This document shows positions 6,859-14,499 of a stretch of DNA of 14,499 bases, in pieces. Position numbers and translations under genes: made by a program. This DNA is from Nitrospinales bacterium (lineage in GTDB: Bacteria > Nitrospinota > Nitrospinia > Nitrospinales > JAJDAT01). Position 1 is the first letter of the stretch, and the number at the start of each line of letters is the position of its first letter. The notes below the pieces were generated by a model, which did not search any database, was not told where the DNA came from, and saw nothing but the letters and a program-made list of their open reading frames with translations. Where the stretch lies: NCBI GenBank assembly GCA_046757665.1, contig JBHHYO010000068.1:1-14499 (forward strand), read 5' to 3'.

Positions 6859-7788
6859 TTGCGAAAACAACAGTACTCCATTTTAATATTCCCCGGAAAT
6901 ACCGGCACACCTCGCAAAATTCAAATTTCCAAATGGGTCGTCAAGGCTCTGTTCTACACCTTTTTGGCGTTGTTTTTCGGAGTTGCCGGGTCGTCTTATT
7001 ATTTTGCCGGCAATTACGTTCGCTTGTTGGATGAAACGACGGAGTTGACTGAGCTGAGGCGTCAGGCCAAGCTTCAGAAAATTCAGGTCAAGAAGTTTTC
7101 CCAGCAAGTGAAGGACTTCGAGTCCGAAATGTCCCGGCTGGCGCGGTTCGAGCGAAAACTGAGAATCATCACGGCGATGGAAGATTCCCCCAATTCGCTG
7201 GACAAAAACTGGGGCGTCGGCGGACCGCACGGTTTGACCTCTCACAGCTTTCAAAGTTCCCTGGAAAAAGAAACGCTCGCCATGGTCCAGGGCCTGTCGG
7301 GCGACTTGAATCTTTTAGCCAATCAGGCCAAGATTCAAAGCATCAGTTTTCAGGAGATGGACGAGTTTTTCAAGGGCCAGAAATCGTTGCTTTCGGCCAT
7401 TCCCAGCATCTGGCCCACCCGCGGATGGGTAACATCGGGATTCGGCTTTCGCAAATCGCCCTTTACCGGCTTGCCGGAAAATCATGAAGGCCTGGACATT
7501 GCCGTCCGCCGAGGTTCCCCGGTGCGGGCGCCCGGCGATGGCATCGTGATCAGCGCAGGCCGGGAATACGGTTATGGAAAAATGATCGAAATCGACCACG
7601 GCTACGGATTCGTAACCCGCTTCGGGCACAACTCCAGGTACCAGGTAAAAGCCGGCGACCGGGTCAAGCGGGGACAGATTATCGCTCTGACCGGAAACAC
7701 CGGACGGAGCACAGGGCCGCACCTGCATTATGAGATCATTTTCAACGGTATTCCCGTCGATCCCAGAAACTATATCCTGGAAGATTAA
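6859..7788 (+). CDS. M23 family (LytM/MepM-like) peptidoglycan endopeptidase with N-terminal TM helix and coiled coil
   Basis: PSIWPTRGWVTSGFGFR, Zn ligands HEGLD (HxxxD) and GRSTGPHLHYE (HxH); TM segment near aa 27-48; SD AGAGGA 7 nt before the TTG start. Confidence 0.95.
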   Translation: MRKQQYSILIFPGNTGTPRKIQISKWVVKALFYTFLALFFGVAGSSYYFAGNYVRLLDETTELTELRRQAKLQKIQVKKFSQQVKDFESEMSRLARFERKLRIITAMEDSPNSLDKNWGVGGPHGLTSHSFQSSLEKETLAMVQGLSGDLNLLANQAKIQSISFQEMDEFFKGQKSLLSAIPSIWPTRGWVTSGFGFRKSPFTGLPENHEGLDIAVRRGSPVRAPGDGIVISAGREYGYGKMIEIDHGYGFVTRFGHNSRYQVKAGDRVKRGQIIALTGNTGRSTGPHLHYEIIFNGIPVDPRNYILED

Positions 7789-7812
7789 CCCGAACCGGCT
7801 GAACCCTTGCCG

Positions 7813-7859
7813 CCCTTCGATGGGCTCAAGACAAACCCTTCGATGGGCGCGGGACGACA
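7813..7859. repeat. Degenerate tandem copy of the TGTC-type palindromic repeat family
   Basis: Direct repeat CCCTTCGATGGGC at 7813-7825 and 7836-7848. CCCTTCGATGGGCTCAAG (7813-7830) matches CCCTTCGACAGGCTCAAG (2402-2419) at 16 of 18 positions. Both units end in GACA (TGTC on the minus strand). Confidence 0.65.
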
Positions 7860-7938
7860 TGCCCCGCCTTATTGCCGCGCTTTTCAGCTAAACCCATCCG
7901 AAGCTTCTTGTACGCTTAAAGAATAAATCGTTCTTTTT

Positions 7939-7968
7939 TTGATCCCGGAAAGGTCTTTATAATAAAAT
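7939..7968 (+). promoter_or_regulatory. Candidate sigma70 promoter for secA
   Basis: TTGATC (7939-7944)-N18-TAAAAT (7963-7968), with an overlapping perfect TATAAT at 7958-7963. Confidence 0.45.
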
Positions 7969-8037
7969 GATGAGCGGTAAATCGACCGACCGGACCAACC
8001 GGCTTGCAACCCCAAACAATTAAAATGACAAAACGAA

Positions 8038-10596
<2,559 letters not shown>

Positions 10597-10628
10597 TCCC
10601 CTCGCCCTGCCCCGCGCGCACCCCCCCG

Positions 10629-11333
10629 TCAGGGCCGCTCCATCGTCGCCTGGCATTCAATGCAAAAAGGCGCCAGAGGCATGATTCCCAGCCGCTTCAT
10701 GGAGATGGTCTTGGAGCAGGATTCGCAAACCCCATAAGTACCCCGGGCAATCTTGAACAGCGCCGCCTCGATCAACTTCAGTTCATTGCGATCCCGGCTG
10801 GAAAGAGTAAACGCCATTTCGCGGCTTTCCAGGCTGGCGGCCAGGTCGATCTCGTTGCTGAAATTCAGTTCGGAAGGATTTAACTCCACCTCTCTCGAAG
10901 TTTGCAGAATTTTAAAAATTTCCTGCCGTTTGTGGATTAGCTGATCGCGTATTTTGAGCAGGGCGGGATGGAGAGTTTTCCGGCGGCCGGGAGCCTGGCG
11001 TTTCGGTTTCCGAGCCGGCGCGGTCTTGGCTTTTTTCGCGGCTTTTTTGGCCGGCTTTTTTGCCGCCGACGCGGCGGTTTTTTTCGCCGGTTTTTTCACC
11101 GGTTTCTTTACTGCTTTTTTTGCCGCTTTTTTTACCGTTTTTTTCGTCGCTTTTTTTACTGCTTTTTTTTTGGCCTTGGGCTTCGTGGATTTTTTAGCGG
11201 ATTTTGCCTTGACCTTTTTCGCCGGCGATTTCGCGGGTTTCTTCTTTGCCTTTTTAGAGGTCAAAGTTTTCTTTTTGACGGCCGGTTTCCTTGCCGCGCT
11301 CTTTTTCTTTTTGGACTTGGTTTTCGTCGCCAT
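10629..11333 (-). CDS. dksA: DksA/TraR C4-type zinc-finger protein with long Lys/Ala-rich N-terminal extension
   Basis: Coiled coil with tip NEIDLA, IEAALFKIARGTYGVCESC...RLGIMPLAPFCIECQ; GGGAG SD upstream of ATG 11333; residues 1-120 are K/A/P/T low-complexity. Confidence 0.88.
   Translation of the reverse strand: MATKTKSKKKKSAARKPAVKKKTLTSKKAKKKPAKSPAKKVKAKSAKKSTKPKAKKKAVKKATKKTVKKAAKKAVKKPVKKPAKKTAASAAKKPAKKAAKKAKTAPARKPKRQAPGRRKTLHPALLKIRDQLIHKRQEIFKILQTSREVELNPSELNFSNEIDLAASLESREMAFTLSSRDRNELKLIEAALFKIARGTYGVCESCSKTISMKRLGIMPLAPFCIECQATMERP
11079..11162 (-). repeat. Seven degenerate 12-bp tandem units encoding xxKK tetrapeptides
   Basis: AVKK-ATKK-TVKK-AAKK-AVKK-PVKK-PAKK (aa 58-85 of the DksA-like protein). 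Confidence 0.75.
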
Positions 11334-11453
11334 CCCTTGGTCTCCCGTGGATGTAACCCATAAACGGACGGATGCCCGGATTACGCCTGTTTGGACAAAA
11401 GTCGCCCTCCCATTTGGTTAACGAGGCTACCTACGCCAAAAAACCAGAGAAAG

Positions 11454-11482
11454 ACCTTAACACTAGATAAAGAAAAGTACAA
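11454..11482 (-). promoter_or_regulatory. Candidate sigma70 promoter for dksA
   Basis: On the minus strand, TTGTAC-N17-TAAGGT with an extended -10 TGn, preceded by a long A/T tract (UP-element-like, ~11487-11510). Confidence 0.55.
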
Positions 11483-11551
11483 GCAGTTATTTTATTTTTT
11501 TAAAAAATCGCAATATATTGATTTTAAAAGAGTTGCTCTGGGTTTCAGGTT

Positions 11552-11857
11552 TCACCAGCCGTGCGGATCGTCCGTTTCATAGTCGATAACCACGGAGTTG
11601 GAACACAGCGCCCGCATAGTTTCACGGACCGGCTGATGATTTTTGTGGTCGGTATAAATTTTCAATCCTTGCCGATCGTCGAAATGGGTGGTCAGAATGA
11701 CATCGAAACTGCGTTCGGAACCATTGAAATCGACGCCCACTTCCAGATGGCGCAGGGTTTCGATATTCCCTTCCATACCCTTCAACGACGCGACCACTTT
11801 ATCCATGTTGGCGGGGGTTTTTTCCGCCAGTTTGAACATGACGACGTGCTTGACCAT
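11552..11857 (-). CDS. Dabb family (stress-responsive alpha/beta barrel) protein
   Basis: MVKHVVMFKL...LEVGVDF...FDVILTTHFDD...Y..H..HQ.V...VVIDY. Start corrected to ATG 11857 (GGAGG 5 nt upstream) from the ORF-track 11962. Confidence 0.92.
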   Translation of the reverse strand: MVKHVVMFKLAEKTPANMDKVVASLKGMEGNIETLRHLEVGVDFNGSERSFDVILTTHFDDRQGLKIYTDHKNHQPVRETMRALCSNSVVIDYETDDPHGW

Positions 11858-11902
11858 AAGTTCCTCCCGAAGTTTGAAAAATTTTCGCGCGTTTTTTACC
11901 GG

Positions 11903-11931
11903 TTTACCTTGAAATGCGCCTTTGGTAAAGT
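11903..11931 (+). promoter_or_regulatory. Candidate extended -10 promoter for the djlA-like gene
   Basis: TTTACC-N17-TAAAGT with TGn, in the divergent intergenic region; SD GGAGGT at 11949-11954. Confidence 0.35.
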
Positions 11932-11964
11932 CTGAAGAGCGAATCAACGGAGGTTTCGACAACC

Positions 11965-12687
11965 ATGAGCTGGATTATGGGCGCCGGGTTGGGATGGTTG
12001 CGCGGCGGACCGTTTGGCGCCGTGATCGGAGGCGCCGCACAACATTTCCTGACCCGGAAATTCAAAAGCACGATCCGAAAAAACCTCTCCGGCGTCGTCG
12101 ATGAGACCGGTTTCGTAACCTGCCTGACCGCTCTGTTGACTCTGGTCTGCAAGGCCAAGGGCTCCATGTCCCCGGAGGAAGCGCGGGTCGTCCATGCCTT
12201 TTTCGCCAAGCATCTCAATTACCGGGGCGACGACCTGAAATATATCAACAAAGTTATCGGCGAAACCCAAAAAATCAATCCCGACCTGGCGGGGCTCGCC
12301 GAAGCGTATAAAAAATCCACCGGCGCCAACTATTGTTTACTCCTGCTGGCCCTGGCTTACCGGATTTCCCTGGTCGAAAACTCCCTGACCCCGGCTGTCC
12401 AGGAGCGCATCAATTCCCTGGCGGGACTACTGGGGGTCGCGCCGCAGGACCACAACCGTGTCCGCGGCAAATATTCGCTGGAGGCCCTGCGAACTCCTTA
12501 CGATATTTTGGCGGTGGACCCTGCCGTAACCGATGAGGAAATCAAGAAAGCCTACCGGAAAATGGCGAACCGGTTTCACCCCGACAAAGTGATGCACCTG
12601 GGCGAGGACCACGTGGAAGACGCCCACTTGAAGTTTCTGGAAATTCAAGCCGCTTACCGGGAGCTGGAAAAACTCCGCGGATTCTAG
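11965..12687 (+). CDS. djlA: DjlA-like co-chaperone (N-terminal Gly-rich membrane anchor, TerB-like domain, C-terminal J-domain)
   Basis: GAGLGWLRGGPFGAVIGG N-terminus; LVCKAKGSMSPEE TerB-like segment; PYDILAV...EIKKAYRKMANRFHPDK...FLEIQAAY J-domain with an intact HPD. Confidence 0.88.
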   Translation: MSWIMGAGLGWLRGGPFGAVIGGAAQHFLTRKFKSTIRKNLSGVVDETGFVTCLTALLTLVCKAKGSMSPEEARVVHAFFAKHLNYRGDDLKYINKVIGETQKINPDLAGLAEAYKKSTGANYCLLLLALAYRISLVENSLTPAVQERINSLAGLLGVAPQDHNRVRGKYSLEALRTPYDILAVDPAVTDEEIKKAYRKMANRFHPDKVMHLGEDHVEDAHLKFLEIQAAYRELEKLRGF

Positions 12688-12693
12688 CCCGGT

Positions 12694-13590
12694 TTATTTG
12701 ATAACCTTGGAGCGCCCGCAACGGAAACCGAGAATGCTGTCCTTGCGCCCGGGCGTGGCGGCAAAACGCTTGGCGGCGCGGACGTCCACTTTGCGGGCAT
12801 CCCAGGAGCCGCCGCGAAACACATGCGTGTCCTTCTTCTCCGGACCGGTCGGATTAATCATCGGAGCTTCCCGGTAATAATATTGGTCGTACCAGTCGGC
12901 AACCCACTCGGAGACGTTGCCGGCCATGTCGTACACTCCGTAAACACTGCGCCCCATGGGAAACTTGCCGACGGGGCTCATGAATTTGTAGCCGTCGGCA
13001 TCGCCGGTTATGTTGGCTCGCTTGGGCAGGAACTTGTTGCCCCACGGGTAAACCAGGCCGTGCGTGCCGCGGGCCGCCTTTTCCCATTCCGCTTCGGTCA
13101 ATAACCGTTTTCCCGCCCATTTGCAGTAGTTGACGGCGTCCAGCCATGACACACCAACCACAGGAAAGTTCGGGGTCTCCAGCACCTCCTGCTTCCCCTG
13201 GAAGAAAGGCACCGAAGGCTTGACATAATCCGCCGCCCGTCGGAAAGCATTATACGCTTTAACGGTGACCTCGTACTTGTCCACATAAAAGGCATCCAGA
13301 TAAGTTTCCTTTTGCGGCTTTTCATCGAAACCGCCGGTGTCGGAGCCGCGGGTAAATACGCCCTCCGGAACCAGAATCATTTCGCGTCCATCGTCGCCGA
13401 CAAAGGTTTCATACAGGCTGAAGTCGCGGTTGTCATCTACGCGGGCCTTGCTGGCTTTTTTTTCCATCTTCTGCATTTTCTTGTCATGCTCGATGGATTT
13501 TTTGATCTCCCAGACAATCACTCCGGCAAACGCAACGGTCACCACAAAGCACAAAATAACGCCGACCATCAATTGTTTGTTGGTTTTCAT
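12694..13590 (-). CDS. FGE-sulfatase (SUMF1/EgtB/PvdO/NirV-like) domain protein with N-terminal membrane anchor
   Basis: DKYEVT, PVVGVSWLDAVNYCKWAGKRLLTEAEWEKAARG, YPWG, YDMAGNVSEWVADWY, RGGSW, GFRC; TM helix near aa 8-28. Confidence 0.93.
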   Translation of the reverse strand: MKTNKQLMVGVILCFVVTVAFAGVIVWEIKKSIEHDKKMQKMEKKASKARVDDNRDFSLYETFVGDDGREMILVPEGVFTRGSDTGGFDEKPQKETYLDAFYVDKYEVTVKAYNAFRRAADYVKPSVPFFQGKQEVLETPNFPVVGVSWLDAVNYCKWAGKRLLTEAEWEKAARGTHGLVYPWGNKFLPKRANITGDADGYKFMSPVGKFPMGRSVYGVYDMAGNVSEWVADWYDQYYYREAPMINPTGPEKKDTHVFRGGSWDARKVDVRAAKRFAATPGRKDSILGFRCGRSKVIK

Positions 13591-13623
13591 GATTTGCCGA
13601 ACTGGAGGAATATAAAGTTTTTA

Positions 13624-13653
13624 AGTTTAACAGGAATCCCGGGGAAATGTAAA
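13624..13653 (-). promoter_or_regulatory. Candidate sigma70 promoter for the FGE-sulfatase gene
   Basis: On the minus strand, TTTACA-N18-TAAACT with an extended -10 TGn, ~33 nt upstream of ATG 13590. Confidence 0.4.
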
Positions 13654-13695
13654 CTATCTCCGCAACTGCCGTCCCGCCACGGTTTTTCAAGAGGT

Positions 13696-14499
13696 TCAGT
13701 GTTTGAAATGCCCCGAAACTTTCAGCCGGTGCTCCAGCACAAAAGCATAAATGGCGGGGATCACGATCAAGGTGAGGAGAGTGGCGGAAACCATGCCGCC
13801 GACCATGGGGGCGGCGATTCGTTTCATAACCTGCGAGCCCGTGCCGCTTCCCCACATGATGGGAAGCAATCCGCCGATGGTAGCGGCGGCAGTCATGACA
13901 ATGGGGCGAACCCGGTCCGACGCGCCCTCGACCAGCGTAGCCATCAATTCCTTTTTGCTTGCTATTCCCCCGGACTGCATTTTCTTTTCGTAAACGTGGT
14001 CGATGTAGGTCAGCATCAAAACGCCGATTTCCGCCGAGACACCGGCCAGGGCGATGAAGCCGACTCCCACCGCCACGCTCATCTCGTATTGCAAATAAAA
14101 CATCAACCAGATGCCGCCCACCATGGCAAAGGGCAGGGAGAGCATGACGATGAGGGCTTCGGTGAAGTTGCTGAAATGAAAATAAAGCAGAAGAAAAATG
14201 ATGATCAGTGTAACCGGTATCACGATTTTCAGCCGCGCCTTGGCGCGTTCCATATACTCATATTGGCCGCTCCAGAACAGGCTGTAGCCCGCCGGGATGC
14301 TGACCTTTTCCGCAAGTATCTTTTGTGCGTTGGCGACGTACGTCCCGACGTCGATATTCTTGAGATCGACATAAATCCAGGTGTTCAAGCGCGCGTTTTC
14401 GCTCTTGATTCCGGGAGGCCCCTTCCTGATCTTGATCCTGGCAACCTGGGCCATGGGAATGTGCTCCCCCCGCGGCGTGGCAATCAAAACCCTCTGTAG
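13696..14499 (-). CDS. cusA: CusA/SilA-type heavy-metal RND efflux permease, C-terminal part (5' end beyond the window)
   Basis: GPPGIKSENAR, WSGQYEYMERA, SVAVGVGFIALAGVSAEIGVLM, RVRPIVMT, GLLPIMWGSGTGSQVMKRIAAPMVGGM; the frame stays open to the window edge. Confidence 0.93.
   Translation of the reverse strand, partial: LQRVLIATPRGEHIPMAQVARIKIRKGPPGIKSENARLNTWIYVDLKNIDVGTYVANAQKILAEKVSIPAGYSLFWSGQYEYMERAKARLKIVIPVTLIIIFLLLYFHFSNFTEALIVMLSLPFAMVGGIWLMFYLQYEMSVAVGVGFIALAGVSAEIGVLMLTYIDHVYEKKMQSGGIASKKELMATLVEGASDRVRPIVMTAAATIGGLLPIMWGSGTGSQVMKRIAAPMVGGMVSATLLTLIVIPAIYAFVLEHRLKVSGHFKH

Noticed and set aside
7813..7848. Direct repeat as a possible mini-CRISPR
   Set aside because: Only two 13-bp units with a 10-bp spacer and no cas genes; better explained as the TGTC-type repeat family.
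7967..8023. 18-codon uORF upstream of secA (SecM/MifM-like arrest peptide?)
   Set aside because: Too short, no signal or TM segment, no SD, no known arrest motif, and it overlaps the candidate -10 element.
10954..11421. Phe/Ala-rich hydrophobic plus-strand ORFs that look like membrane proteins
   Set aside because: They are the reverse complement of the Lys/Ala codons of the DksA tail.
11965..12687. TerB-like domain as a sign of a tellurite-resistance or defence locus
   Set aside because: TerB plus J-domain is the standard DjlA architecture and there are no other ter genes nearby.
13312..14499. 395-aa plus-strand ORF
   Set aside because: Antisense to cusA and the FGE gene; no recognisable family and a shadow-like composition.

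Overview
GC-rich bacterial core-genome window. The taxon is inferred only: a diderm envelope plus the gene set suggest Nitrospinota or a deltaproteobacteria-like lineage. Left to right: an intrinsic terminator; a minus-strand 7-repeat FG-GAP/VCBS beta-propeller (lipo)protein; the plus-strand cluster rpsF-ssb-rpsR-DUF2232-rplI-dnaB-TPR, preceded by an S6:S18-type autoregulatory leader; an M23 peptidase; secA; a convergent DksA/TraR protein with a ~120-aa histone-H1-like Lys/Ala tail; a Dabb protein; a divergent DjlA-like co-chaperone; an FGE-sulfatase-fold membrane-anchored protein; and the 3' end of a CusA-type RND transporter. The most notable unannotated structure is a ~144-bp MITE-like element between ssb and rpsR. 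It has 12-bp terminal inverted repeats enclosing an inverted dimer of CGTC/TGTC-type palindromic repeats, and a degenerate relative lies between the M23 gene and secA. Other signals are a tandem sigma54/sigma70 promoter pair before the M23 gene and a G-quadruplex/C-rich tract in place of a terminator between secA and dksA. I see no CRISPR array, tRNA/rRNA, transposase, prophage or defence system, and no convincing new multi-gene system; the region is mostly housekeeping.
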